Source of the DNA: an uncultured delta proteobacterium
GTDB taxonomy: Bacteria > Myxococcota > Myxococcia > Myxococcales > Myxococcaceae
DNA length: 64,000 nt
Assembly (NCBI GenBank): GCA_963713045.1
Contig: CAVQKE010000006.1
Span: forward strand, 256,001-320,000
Direction: 5' to 3'
Positions 46,993-57,036 of the stretch are shown here, one piece after another; within the stretch, counting starts at the first letter, position 1; every line of letters starts with the position of its first letter. Below the pieces are notes generated by a model. That model did no database searches, was not told where the DNA came from, and was given only the letters and a program-made list of their open reading frames with translations. The translations under genes were made by a program, and so were the position numbers.

Positions 46993-49011
46993 ATGCATGT
47001 CTCCTTCGTGCGTCGTCCGGCCTGTCTTCTCGCGCTCGGCTTCTCTCTCGGCGCCCTGGCACAGTCGGCGCCCGCGGTAGCTCCGCCGAAGCCGGCCTCG
47101 GCTGTGGCACTGATTCCCCGCGAGGTGCTTTTCGGGAACCCCGAGCGCACCGCGCCCCGCCTGTCGCCGGACGGCAAGCGGCTGGCCTGGCTTGCCCCGG
47201 ACAAGAAGGACGTGCTTCAGGTTTGGGTGAAGACGGTGGGCAAGGACGACGACACCCAAGTCACCCAAGACAAGCGCCGCGGCATCCGCCGGTACTTCTG
47301 GGCCGAGGACTCCAACACCCTGTTGTACCTGCAGGACTCGGACGGCGATGAGAATTGGCACGTCTATGCGGTGGACCTCTCCACACAAAGCGTCCGCGAC
47401 CTGACCCCGTACCAGGGCATTCGGGCGGAGCTGGAGGCCACCAGCCACAAGCTTCCCGGGCGCATCCTGGTGAGCATGAATTTGCGCAACCGGCAGAATT
47501 TCGACGTCTACCGGGTCGACTTGAAGACGGGCGCCTTGGAGTTGGACACCACCAACCCCGGCGACGTCCTGGGCTGGGCGGCCACCGACGACCTCTTCGT
47601 GAAGGGCGCCCAGGCGGCGCTTCCGGACGGCAGCACTGAAGTGCGGGTGCGTGACTCGGCGAAGGCACACTGGCGAGTCCTGGTGTCCGCGCCGGCGACG
47701 GAAAATTTAGAGCTGTACGACTTCAGCGCCGACGGCTCCTCGGCCTACCTTCTCAGCTCGCTGGGCCGGGACACGGCGCGCATCGTCCAGCGTTCGGTGA
47801 AGACCGGCGCCGAGAAGGTGGTGGCCGAAAGCGCCGCCTCCGACGCGGTGGATGTCTTCATCCATCCGACGAAGCACGTGGTGCAAGCCGTAAGTTTCGA
47901 CCCGGGCCTCCCCTTCTGGATGGTGGTGGACGACAGCGTTCGGCCGGATTTCGACGCCCTGGCCAAAGCCTCCCCGGGTGCGTTTCACATCGTCTCCCGG
48001 GACCGAGCGGACAAGAGTTGGCTGGTCGCCTACACCCTCGACCAAGGCGGTGTGCGCTTCTACCGCTGGGACCGCCCCTCCCAGAGGGCCCAATTCATGT
48101 TTGCGGCCCAGCCCAAGCTGGACAGCGCGCCCCTGGTTCCAATGGCGGCCGTGGAGTTTCCGGCCCGCGACGGGCTCAAGCTGCGGGGTTATTTGAGTCG
48201 GCCTCTTCACGCTGCGGGTCCCGGCCCACTTGTCCTCTTCGTGCACGGTGGGCCCTGGTCGCGGGACTTCTGGGGGTACAACCCGTATGCCCAGTGGTTG
48301 GCAAACCGCGGCTACGCCGTCCTGCAAGTCAACTACCGAGGCAGCACGGGCTTCGGAAAGGCATTCCTCCACGCCGGGGACAAGCAGTGGGGGAAGAAGA
48401 TGCACACCGACCTCATCGACGCGGTGGACTGGGCGGTGAAGCAGGGCATCGCCGACCCCAAACAACTCGCCATCATGGGGGGCAGCTACGGTGGCTACTC
48501 GGCCTTGGCCGGCGCCGCCTTTACCCCGGACGTCTTTCGCGCCTCGGTGGACATTGTCGGACCCTCCAACCTCCTCACCTTGTTGGCTACCATTCCCCCC
48601 TACTGGAAGGCCCTCAAATCCACCTTCAACGTGCGCCTCGGAAACCCCGACGACCCCAAGGACGCCGAGTACCTCCACGCCGTCTCGCCTCTCTTCTCGG
48701 TGGACAACATCCGCATCCCCCTCCTCATCGGTCAGGGCGCCAATGACCCACGGGTGAAGGTGGCTGAGTCCGAGCAGATTGTGGCAGCCATGCAGAAGAA
48801 GGGGCTCGCCGTGACGTACGTCCTCTACCCGGACGAAGGCCACGGCTTTGCCCGCCCGGAAAACAACATCGACTTCACCGCCAGGGCCGAGCTCTTCCTG
48901 CAAAAGTACTTGGGCGGCCGCGCCGAGCCGCTGCCCGGAGACCGAATTCCAGGCGCCACTGCGGTGGTGAAGGTGGTGGAGGCGAAGCCAGCGCCGCAGC
49001 TCGCCCGCTAG
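46993..49011 (+). CDS. S9 family (prolyl oligopeptidase-like) secreted peptidase
   Basis: Signal peptide, HGGP, GGSYGGY, NDPRV, DEGHGF. Confidence 0.93.
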   Translation: MHVSFVRRPACLLALGFSLGALAQSAPAVAPPKPASAVALIPREVLFGNPERTAPRLSPDGKRLAWLAPDKKDVLQVWVKTVGKDDDTQVTQDKRRGIRRYFWAEDSNTLLYLQDSDGDENWHVYAVDLSTQSVRDLTPYQGIRAELEATSHKLPGRILVSMNLRNRQNFDVYRVDLKTGALELDTTNPGDVLGWAATDDLFVKGAQAALPDGSTEVRVRDSAKAHWRVLVSAPATENLELYDFSADGSSAYLLSSLGRDTARIVQRSVKTGAEKVVAESAASDAVDVFIHPTKHVVQAVSFDPGLPFWMVVDDSVRPDFDALAKASPGAFHIVSRDRADKSWLVAYTLDQGGVRFYRWDRPSQRAQFMFAAQPKLDSAPLVPMAAVEFPARDGLKLRGYLSRPLHAAGPGPLVLFVHGGPWSRDFWGYNPYAQWLANRGYAVLQVNYRGSTGFGKAFLHAGDKQWGKKMHTDLIDAVDWAVKQGIADPKQLAIMGGSYGGYSALAGAAFTPDVFRASVDIVGPSNLLTLLATIPPYWKALKSTFNVRLGNPDDPKDAEYLHAVSPLFSVDNIRIPLLIGQGANDPRVKVAESEQIVAAMQKKGLAVTYVLYPDEGHGFARPENNIDFTARAELFLQKYLGGRAEPLPGDRIPGATAVVKVVEAKPAPQLAR

Positions 49012-49043
49012 CGCCGGCACCGCCTCGGCCTTCGTTGGGGCCC

Positions 49044-50216
49044 TCAAGCCAGCAGTGTGACGGCGGTAATTTCCGGGGGGCTGCCGATGCGCATCGGCGG
49101 GCCCCAGAAGCCGGTGCCGCGACTCACGTACACGTGGCCCTCGCCCACCCGGTACAAGCCGGCCGAGTAACGGTAGGCGGCCTCCACCAAAAGCGTAATT
49201 GGAAAAAGTTGTCCGCCGTGGGTGTGCCCGGACAGTTGTAGGCCAATGCCCCGGGCCAGCGCTTCCTCCACGCCGCGCGGTTGGTGGGCCAACAGCACGG
49301 CTGGCCGGCTTGGGTCTCGCCCAGAAAGCGCCTTGTCCAAGTCATAGCCGCGCCCGTTGGGGACGTCCCGTTGGCCGTAGTCATCCACCCCCACCAAGTC
49401 CAGCCGTCCGCCAGCGTCCCCCAGCGTCACGTACCGGTTGCGTAGCACCTGGATGCCCATCTCCGTCAGGGCCTGGGCCCACTCCCTGTCGCCGGAGTAA
49501 TATTCATGGTTCCCGGTGATGAAGAAGGTGCCGTGGCGCGAAGTCAGCCCGCGCAGCGCAGACACCGCCGGGCCAAGGTGCTCCACACTGCCGTCCACCA
49601 AATCCCCGGTGACGGCAACCAGGTCCGGCCGCAGCGCGTTGCATCGCCGCACCAATTCCTCAAGGAAGGGCCGACCGAGGACGTCGCCGATGTGCAAGTC
49701 GCTCATCTGCACCAGGCGGAAGCCGTCCAGGCTGCGGGGGAGGCCGGGAAGGCGGACGGCCACCTCGCGCAACAGCGGCGGCTGGAAGGCCCGCCACACC
49801 CCGTAGGAGGCGGCCCCGGTGGCGACCGCCGAGGCGCCGGCCACCGCCACCCGAGCGAGGAAGGCGCGCCGCTCGGGGGCGAGGGGGGCTTGCCCCTGCC
49901 AGCGGCGCCTGGCGTCGCCCAGCCGAAGCAGCAGCCGGGAGGCGGCCAGCACCAGGCCGAGGTAGAGGGCCAGCCCCATCCAGCACCAGGCGGCGAGGGC
50001 CAGCGCGTCGCCGGCGCCGGAGTGCAGGCGGGTGGCCACCACGCGGGCGAAAAGAAGCAATAGCCCGAGGAAGGCCAACAGGATGGCGCCCACCCGGGCC
50101 ACCCGCGGCGAGGCGCCGGTGTCCCGGAAGAGGCGCCGGTACAGGTACAGGTGGCCGCCGCCCAGGACGGCTGTCACCACCAGGACGAAGAGGGCAATGC
50201 GAAGGGCAAACGGCAT
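49044..50216 (-). CDS. Membrane-anchored metallophosphoesterase
   Basis: SDLH, GDLVD, GNHE, SGHTHGGQ. Confidence 0.92.
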   Translation of the reverse strand: MPFALRIALFVLVVTAVLGGGHLYLYRRLFRDTGASPRVARVGAILLAFLGLLLLFARVVATRLHSGAGDALALAAWCWMGLALYLGLVLAASRLLLRLGDARRRWQGQAPLAPERRAFLARVAVAGASAVATGAASYGVWRAFQPPLLREVAVRLPGLPRSLDGFRLVQMSDLHIGDVLGRPFLEELVRRCNALRPDLVAVTGDLVDGSVEHLGPAVSALRGLTSRHGTFFITGNHEYYSGDREWAQALTEMGIQVLRNRYVTLGDAGGRLDLVGVDDYGQRDVPNGRGYDLDKALSGRDPSRPAVLLAHQPRGVEEALARGIGLQLSGHTHGGQLFPITLLVEAAYRYSAGLYRVGEGHVYVSRGTGFWGPPMRIGSPPEITAVTLLA

Positions 50217-50353
50217 GGGGGAAGGGGTACTTCAGCCCCAGCGGGGCAGGGTGCTGTCTGTCAGCGAAGGGCCCCGGGCGCAACCCGCAGTGTGTGGCCA
50301 CCGCCCCACCGTGGTGGGGAACCGGGCAAGCGGGGGCCCGGGCGGCGCGCGGG

Positions 50354-50755
50354 CTAGAAGAGGCTCGACAGGACGATGACGCCGCCCAGCACCATGGCAA
50401 CGACGCCCAGCGTCTGCCGGTAGGGGGTCAGCTTCCCCACCAGCTTGGTGAAGTTGTCGCGGCCGCTCGCGTCCTTCAGGAAGCTTTGAATGATGCCCAC
50501 GCCGAGCAGGAGCCCGAGGCACACCAGCAGCCCTGCAGTCAGCGCGTTCAGGAGCCAGGGTCGGTAGCGGACGCCGAGCACCAACAAGCCGAGGCGCCAG
50601 ACGCCCCAGACGACGGAAATCACGCCAATCCATCCCTGGTAGGGCTCGAGCGCCGTCAGCACCTTTCGCCCCTCCTCCCGACGCGCCAAGAAGGACGAGG
50701 CGCCAAGCGCGCCCAGCAGCACCAGCCACAGCCCTAAGAAGAATCCGAGTCCCAT
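50354..50755 (-). CDS. Four-TM membrane protein
   Basis: PYQGWIG and PYRQTLG internal repeat, hydrophobic helices, AGGAGG RBS. Confidence 0.75.
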   Translation of the reverse strand: MGLGFFLGLWLVLLGALGASSFLARREEGRKVLTALEPYQGWIGVISVVWGVWRLGLLVLGVRYRPWLLNALTAGLLVCLGLLLGVGIIQSFLKDASGRDNFTKLVGKLTPYRQTLGVVAMVLGGVIVLSSLF

Positions 50756-50860
50756 CCCCTGAGTCGCCTCCTATGCCGCCCGCACTATGGGCATACGTCC
50801 CGGGGGAGACGCCATTTCCCAAGCGTCAGCGGGCGGCGCTCTGCTAGACCAGCCGTCGGT

Positions 50861-51647
50861 ATGGCACCTGTGGCATTGGTGACGGGCGCCTCGCGCGGGG
50901 TGGGCCGGGCGGTGGCGTTGCGTTTCGCGCACTTGGGCTGGGACGTGGTGGCCACCTGGCGGCGCGAGGAGGCGATGGCTGCCTCGCTGGCCGAAGAAGT
51001 GACGGCCCTCGGGCGGCGCTGCCTCTGTCTCCGGGCGGACCAGCTTCTGCCCGAATCCAGCTTTCCACCCCTCTTCGCCCGGGTGCGCCAGGAATTTGGT
51101 GGCCTCGACGCGTTGGTGGCCAACGCCGCTTCCACCGCCTTTCTGCCCCTGCTTGGGACGAAGGCCCACCAAATGGACAAGACGTTTTCTGTCACCGTGA
51201 AGAGTTTTCTCCTCGCGGTGCAAGAGGCGCAGCCGCTGATGGCCGGCCGCAAGGCGAGCGTGGTGGCCGTCTCCGGAATGGACAGCCGCATGCCGTTGCC
51301 CTTTCACGGGTTACTTGGCGCGATGAAGGGCGCGATGGAAGTGCTGGTGAAGTATTTGGCGGTGGAGCTGTCTTCCGACGGCATTCGGGTGAATGGCGTC
51401 AACCCGGGCTACATCAACACCGACAGCGCCCGCTTCTACGCCGGGGACAGCTGGCCGGCGGTGGAAGCTGCAGCCCGCAGGCCAGGTGCCGCTCGGCCAT
51501 GTCGCCTCGCCGGAGGAGATTGCGGCCCCCGTCACCTGGCTCTGCAGCCAGGATGCGGGCTACGTCAATGGGCAGACCCTGGTTGTCGATGGCGGCTTGG
51601 AAGTCAACTACGCCGTGGCGCACGCCGCCGGCCTCGCCGGCCGCTGA
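50861..51647 (+). pseudogene. SDR oxidoreductase (FabL-like enoyl-ACP reductase) with one +1 frameshift near 51480; may be an assembly error
   Basis: [19 protein letters not shown] | [14 protein letters not shown]...[12 protein letters not shown] in the next frame. Confidence 0.82.
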
Positions 51648-51670
51648 AGGGATGTCCGGCAGTGCCCCAC

Positions 51671-52435
51671 GTGCGCCCTAGCTTTGCCAGTGTGGCGGTG
51701 ACGCTGTTGTTTGCGCTGGTGTTTGTCCTGACGGCACCGGTCTGCGTCGTGGTGGGCCTTCTTTTGTTTCTCGTCACCTTTCCCTTTGACGCCGACCGGC
51801 GGGCCCTGCACGCCCTGGTGTGCCACTGGACGTTTGGCTACCTCCGCCTCAACCCCGGCTGGCGGGTGCAGGTGGAAGGTAGGGAAAGGCTTCCTCCCGG
51901 CGCCGCGGTGCTGGTGGCCAACCACCAATCGCTGGCGGACATCGTCGCGGTGATGGGCCTGTTTCACCCCTACAAATTCGTCAGCAAGGTGTCGCTGTTC
52001 CGGCTGCCGCTGGTGGGATGGATGATGAGTCTCATCCGCCACATCCCGCTGCAGCGGGGAAAGCTGCATTCGACCGCCGCCATGTTGGAGACGTCCCGGC
52101 GCTGGCTGCGGCGGGGCATGGCCGTCTTCTTCTTCCCGGAAGGCACCTACGCGGAGGGCGAGCAGCTGTTGCCCTTCCGCAGCGGAGCCTTCCTGCTCGC
52201 CATTGAGGAGCAGGTGCCCTTGGTGCCGATTCTGATTGAGGGGACGCGCACCCTGGTGGCTGGCGACGGCCCGTGGCTGGCGCCGCGGGCCGAGGTGCGG
52301 GTGACGGTGCTCCAGCCCCGGGTGCCCCCCAAAGAGGCCGATGCCCAGGCCCTGGCCGACGAAGTCCGGGCGGAGTACGAGAGGCGCGCCGAAGCTCAGA
52401 GGAGAATTTTCGGGTCCTCGGGCCGGGCCCGGTAA
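51671..52435 (+). CDS. Lysophospholipid acyltransferase (PlsC family)
   Basis: NHQSLAD (HX4D), FFPEGT. Confidence 0.9.
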   Translation: MRPSFASVAVTLLFALVFVLTAPVCVVVGLLLFLVTFPFDADRRALHALVCHWTFGYLRLNPGWRVQVEGRERLPPGAAVLVANHQSLADIVAVMGLFHPYKFVSKVSLFRLPLVGWMMSLIRHIPLQRGKLHSTAAMLETSRRWLRRGMAVFFFPEGTYAEGEQLLPFRSGAFLLAIEEQVPLVPILIEGTRTLVAGDGPWLAPRAEVRVTVLQPRVPPKEADAQALADEVRAEYERRAEAQRRIFGSSGRAR

Positions 52436-52686
52436 AGCAGCACGGTGCGGCCCAGCACCTGGGCCACTTCGGAGGAGGTGGCGGTGGCCAGGGCAGCGGC
52501 CGCGGTCGCCCGGGGCTCCGGTGCATTCTCCGAAATGCGCACTTTCACCAACTCATGGTCGACCAGCGCTTGTTCCAGCGCGGCGACCACCGCCTCGGTG
52601 ACGCCGGAATGCCCCACTTGCACCACCGGCTGCAGGTGATGGCCGAGCGCCCGAAGCTGCCGCCGCTGTTTTCCGGTGAGGGGCAT
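52396..52686 (-). CDS. yhbY: Ribosome assembly RNA-binding protein YhbY
   Basis: [29 protein letters not shown]. Confidence 0.93.
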   Translation of the reverse strand: MPLTGKQRRQLRALGHHLQPVVQVGHSGVTEAVVAALEQALVDHELVKVRISENAPEPRATAAAALATATSSEVAQVLGRTVLLYRARPEDPKILL

Positions 52687-52709
52687 GGGGGAGTGGGGGC
52701 CAGGGGCCT

Positions 52710-55037
52710 TCAGCGGCCGACCAGGAGGCGAATTTCCCGCTGAGCGTCGACGTGGTCCGCGTCCAAAGCGACGCAGCGCTTGAAGTGTTTGAGGGCGAGG
52801 GCATTGTCCCCGCTCAGCTTCTGCAGCTGTCCGATGAGGTAGTGGGCCGGGGCGCAGCGCTCATTCAGCTTGAGGGCGTGGTGCAAGTCCCGCATGGCGT
52901 CCACCAGGGCGGCCTTCTTGTCGACGCTGGTGAAGAAGCGGGCGTAGCCGCGCCAGGCGTAGAATTCTCCCTCGCGCGGGTTGAGGGTGATGGCGTCGTC
53001 CAGCACCTTCACCGCCTCGCCGAAGCGCCGGGCTTTGACGAAGGCCACGCCCTTGTGGAAGGCGTCCTCGGCCGCCAGCAGTTGCCGGACGTCGACTTGG
53101 GTGCCCCCGCCGGCCTTCAGGGATTCAAGGTAGTCGGCCCGCGACTGGTCGTCCCCCAGCACCCGGGAGGCTTCCCCCACCATGGCGAAGGCTTGGGCGC
53201 GGAGGTCCGACAACTCCTCCGGGGCATCCGGCGGCAGGGTGTCTGGGTGGTACAGCTTGGCCAGCTTGAAGTACGCGGCCTTCACCGCCGCCCCGTCCGC
53301 CTTGTCGCTGAGGCCGAGCATTTGGAAGAAGTTGAGGGACTTGCCCTTCTCCAGCCGGCCCCGCAGCAGGCGGATTTCTGCCTCGAAGTCCACCGTCGTG
53401 CCGGGCACCGGCGTGGGGGTGGAAAGGAAGGCCCGCTGGGCGGCCGCCGGCGAGGGGGTGGGGGTGCTGACGGCGCGCGGTGCGGTGGCGGGAGGGGGCG
53501 TGGGGGAGATGGGTGGCGGGCGCGTCGTGGGCGCAGCCGCCGGCGCCGAGGCGGCGGGCGCCGGACGGGGTGCTTCGGCAGCGACGACGGCGTGCTCGCC
53601 GGTGGGTGCCGCCCCGCCTTTGAGTTCCACCTCCGGAAAGGAAAGAGCGTCCAGTTCTCTCAGAAGCAGGGCCACCCGGAGAATGGTTTCCATTTCGTTG
53701 GGGTGACTTTGTGCCAACAGGGCCAGCGAGCGGGTGCCGTCGAAGGTGGCCAGTGCGCGCGTCTCCTGCGCGCTGAGGCGGAGGTCCGGCAGCGTGCCGC
53801 CATCTCCCCGGCGGACGAGGGGGCGCCGGCGGACATCCATCATCCGGCGTTTGAGTTCCGCCAGCGGAAAGCGGCGCAGCACCTCCGCCAAGAAGCCCCA
53901 GCGGTTGCCCAAGGGCAATGCCTTGGTGGGCGGTAACTCCACCGGCTGGTAGCGGAAGGTACCTTGGGGGGCAAGAAAAGCGCGCAACAGCAGCGAGGCG
54001 GCACGCTGGCTGAGGGCTGGGAAGACGACTGCCGGGTTGACCAGGCCCAAGGCAAACAGCGTGGCCAAGACGTCCCCGCCGAAGCGCCCCTTCTCCTTCT
54101 CCGCGACTTTCAGTTGCTCGGCCGTCACCACCGAGGCCTTGGAGAGAAAGGTGATGACGGCGTCTTCCGGGTGCGAGGAGTCCACCAACTCCGGATTTCC
54201 CTTGCGGAAGTGCAACAGAATGAAGCGGTCTGGCAACTCGAAGGTGAAGAGGCCGGTGACGTTGGTTTCCGCGCCTTGCGCGTAGAGGCGAATGGCTGAG
54301 ATTTCAGCCAAGTCCCCCGATGCCACGGTGAAGGAGGGGGGGCTGGGCACAGCGGCTGCTGGGGGTGGTTGCCGTGGCGTGGTGGTGCGCGGCGGCACCG
54401 GCATGGGCGCGGCTGGAATGCGCGTCCCTGTTTCACCCGGCCCGGGCACGGCCGGTAGCGGTGCCGCCGGCGTGGGCACTGCGGCGGGCGGCGCCATGGC
54501 GAAGCTGCCGGTGGGCGTCTTCTTCCCGACCGCCGGCACCGGTGGAATGGCTGGGACGGCGTCGGTGGGAAGCGGAGGGGCTTCCTCCGCCACACGCACC
54601 GGGACTGGGACGGCGGCCGTCACCTTGGGAAGGGTTGCCCCGTCCTGGGTTGCAACCGCCGGCCGGGCGGCCGGCGCCGCGGGCGGCACGGCCGGCGGGA
54701 CAGCGGGGCTCGGCCGGGGCGCCGCCCTGGCGGCCGGCGGTGCGGCAGCGGCTTCGACGCGAGGCACGGGCGGCGGGGCAGCAGCGGCCGCCGGCCGGGC
54801 GCCCAGCACCGGCACCGCATTGCCTGCTTCCAGGGGCTCGCCGTCGTCCCCCCACAACTCCCGCGGGACAAATTCTTTCAGCCCGGGAAAGCGGGCCGGG
54901 GAGCGGTAGTTGACGCCGTCGAGGGAGACGAGGAGGTTGCCTTGCAGGGCGCCCACCTCCACCAGCAGCTCCACGCTGGCCGGCTCGAGCGGGCCCCGGA
55001 CCGTCCCCTTCGCGTCCCGGACGAAAATTTGCGGCAC
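52710..55037 (-). CDS. Multidomain DnaJ protein (GYF-like N-terminus, Pro-rich linker, DUF4388-like, J domain, TPR)
   Basis: YFKLAKLYHPD, C-terminal TPR helices; GTG start inferred. Confidence 0.85.
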   Translation of the reverse strand: MPQIFVRDAKGTVRGPLEPASVELLVEVGALQGNLLVSLDGVNYRSPARFPGLKEFVPRELWGDDGEPLEAGNAVPVLGARPAAAAAPPPVPRVEAAAAPPAARAAPRPSPAVPPAVPPAAPAARPAVATQDGATLPKVTAAVPVPVRVAEEAPPLPTDAVPAIPPVPAVGKKTPTGSFAMAPPAAVPTPAAPLPAVPGPGETGTRIPAAPMPVPPRTTTPRQPPPAAAVPSPPSFTVASGDLAEISAIRLYAQGAETNVTGLFTFELPDRFILLHFRKGNPELVDSSHPEDAVITFLSKASVVTAEQLKVAEKEKGRFGGDVLATLFALGLVNPAVVFPALSQRAASLLLRAFLAPQGTFRYQPVELPPTKALPLGNRWGFLAEVLRRFPLAELKRRMMDVRRRPLVRRGDGGTLPDLRLSAQETRALATFDGTRSLALLAQSHPNEMETILRVALLLRELDALSFPEVELKGGAAPTGEHAVVAAEAPRPAPAASAPAAAPTTRPPPISPTPPPATAPRAVSTPTPSPAAAQRAFLSTPTPVPGTTVDFEAEIRLLRGRLEKGKSLNFFQMLGLSDKADGAAVKAAYFKLAKLYHPDTLPPDAPEELSDLRAQAFAMVGEASRVLGDDQSRADYLESLKAGGGTQVDVRQLLAAEDAFHKGVAFVKARRFGEAVKVLDDAITLNPREGEFYAWRGYARFFTSVDKKAALVDAMRDLHHALKLNERCAPAHYLIGQLQKLSGDNALALKHFKRCVALDADHVDAQREIRLLVGR

Positions 55038-55179
55038 GGGGCAGAGGTATACCCCAGCGCCGCGTCCGGCCAGCGCACAGCGGGGGGGGCCAACCGCCCT
55101 GCGCGGGTGCGGATTGCCCCCCGGCCGGTGCTGGGCCGACGGTGTCGCCCGGGGCCCCTCTCCTACAGGCCTGTCCCCT

Positions 55180-56268
55180 TCAGGGGGCAGTGCGGGCTGG
55201 GGCAGAGGCTTGGACTGCCAGCCGGAGGAGGCGGAGGAAGTCTTGGGCATTCGTCACCACGCCGAAGGCCTGGTGGGTGCCGCGGTCCCTCAGCTTACTC
55301 ACCACAAATTCTGAAGCGTCCACGCAGACGACTGGCAACGGCCGAAGCCAGCCGTCCGGGTCCACCACGAAGCTGGGAAGCATGTTGCCCACGGCAATGG
55401 CGTGCAGCGCGGTGGCGATGAAGACGGCCGCCGTTGCCCGGCCGGTGTGCGGGCGCATGGCGTCCTGGGCGTCCAGGACGTCCGTCGCCACCTCCGGCAA
55501 CGGCCCGTCATCGCGAATGCTGCCGCACAGGACAAAGGGCGTTTGGTGCACCACGCAGGCGTGCATCACGCCGTCGCGGAGGACGCCTTGGCGGACGGCT
55601 GGTGCAATGCCGCCCGCGGCGCGGATGCGGTTAATGGCGCGCAGGTGCGCGCCGTGGCCCAGCGGCAGGGACTCGCCGGCCCCCGTCATCCCCAGCGTGG
55701 TGCCGAAGAGGCTGGCCTCAATGTCATGCACGGCGACGGCGTTGCCGGCGAGAAGCGCGCCGACGTAGCCGTGGGTGACAAACCAGGCCAAGTCCTCCCG
55801 GGCGCGGGCATGCACCAGGGCCGGCCCGGTGACCCACAGCACGTGGCCGCCCTTGGCCTTTTCCTCCACCAGCAGGCCGGCAATTTTTTCGTAGTCGGTC
55901 GGCTTTTCCCGGCTGACGTCGCTGCTCATGAATTTGAAGGCGCCGTTGCCGGCTGGGTCGAAGAGGCCTTCCTTGACGAGAATGCCTTCCCGGCCGTCTT
56001 CCTGAAGGGCCACCGCCACCGCGTCCCCCAGGCGCACCCGGCGCATCTCCCGGGCCCACACCGTGCCGTCCGGGGCGCGCACCAGCGCCGCGTCCATCCG
56101 CGGCTCCCGCGGCATGCTCCACTGCCCGTCGGACTTTACCCAGGTGGGCAGGTTGGTGGTGGAGTAGAAGCCTTCGGGGAGGACGCCGTCGGCTGGCGCG
56201 GGCGCGAAGTGGGCGTCCGGGGCTGCGCGCAGGGACGGCGCCTCGAAGTCGGGGGGTGGGACACGCAT
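55180..56268 (-). CDS. TIGR00300/LOR-SDH family protein (ornithine cyclodeaminase-like)
   Basis: FYSTTN, FMSSDVSRE, GNAVAVHDIE, GSIRDDGPLP, KLRDRG. Confidence 0.82.
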   Translation of the reverse strand: MRVPPPDFEAPSLRAAPDAHFAPAPADGVLPEGFYSTTNLPTWVKSDGQWSMPREPRMDAALVRAPDGTVWAREMRRVRLGDAVAVALQEDGREGILVKEGLFDPAGNGAFKFMSSDVSREKPTDYEKIAGLLVEEKAKGGHVLWVTGPALVHARAREDLAWFVTHGYVGALLAGNAVAVHDIEASLFGTTLGMTGAGESLPLGHGAHLRAINRIRAAGGIAPAVRQGVLRDGVMHACVVHQTPFVLCGSIRDDGPLPEVATDVLDAQDAMRPHTGRATAAVFIATALHAIAVGNMLPSFVVDPDGWLRPLPVVCVDASEFVVSKLRDRGTHQAFGVVTNAQDFLRLLRLAVQASAPARTAP

Positions 56269-56361
56269 GGGCTGGGGGGTTGTGGACGGGCCCCAGCATG
56301 CCACGGGGCCGGGGTGAAGCGGCGGGCCGGCGAATTGGGCCTCCGGGAGGATGGACAGGCC

Positions 56362-57036
56362 ATGTTCATCGGCCACTATGGCGTCTCGTTGGCGGTGAAG
56401 CGCGTGCGCCCCAGCCTGTCCCTGGCCGGCCTCTTTCTGGCCGTCCAACTGTTGGACGTCCTCTTCTTTTGCTTCGTGCTGCTCGGGGTGGAGAAGGTGC
56501 GCATCGTCCCCGGCTTCACCGCGTACAACGCCTACGACTTGTACTACATGCCCTACACCCACAGCCTGTTGGGCGCGCTGGCTTGGGCACTGCTGGCCGG
56601 GGTGGCGGTGCTTCTTCTGCGGCGGGCGCCGGCTGCGGCAGCGGCGCTGGTGGCGGCGGCCGTCTTCTCCCACTTCCTGCTGGACGTGCCGGTGCACACG
56701 CCCGACTTGCCCCTGGCAGCGGAGTCGTCCTTCAAGCTGGGCCTTTCCTTGTGGAACCACCCGTTGGCGACGCTGCTGTTGGAGCTCGCGTGCCTTGGCG
56801 GAGGCCTCCTCCTCTACCTGCGCGGCACGCGCCCCACCACGGCGCGCGGGCGCTGGTTGGCGGTGGGGGTCAGCCTTTTTTTGGTGGCCCTGACGGTGGC
56901 GACGCCGCTGCTTCCCCCGCCGGCCGGCCCGGGGGCCTTCGCCGTGCAGGGGCTGGCCGGCTACGCCCTGTTGGTGCTGGTGGCCTGGGCGCTGGAGCGC
57001 TCGCGCGCCGCGGCGCCGAAGCCTTCGGGGGCTTAA
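56362..57036 (+). CDS. Membrane-bound metal-dependent hydrolase-like protein
   Basis: MFIGH, QLLD, YTHSL, SHFLLD..VH..D. Confidence 0.82.
   Translation: MFIGHYGVSLAVKRVRPSLSLAGLFLAVQLLDVLFFCFVLLGVEKVRIVPGFTAYNAYDLYYMPYTHSLLGALAWALLAGVAVLLLRRAPAAAAALVAAAVFSHFLLDVPVHTPDLPLAAESSFKLGLSLWNHPLATLLLELACLGGGLLLYLRGTRPTTARGRWLAVGVSLFLVALTVATPLLPPPAGPGAFAVQGLAGYALLVLVAWALERSRAAAPKPSGA

Noticed and set aside
53400..54830. Low-complexity GC-rich repeats
   Set aside because: They encode Pro/Ala linkers of the DnaJ protein and are not a DNA repeat element.
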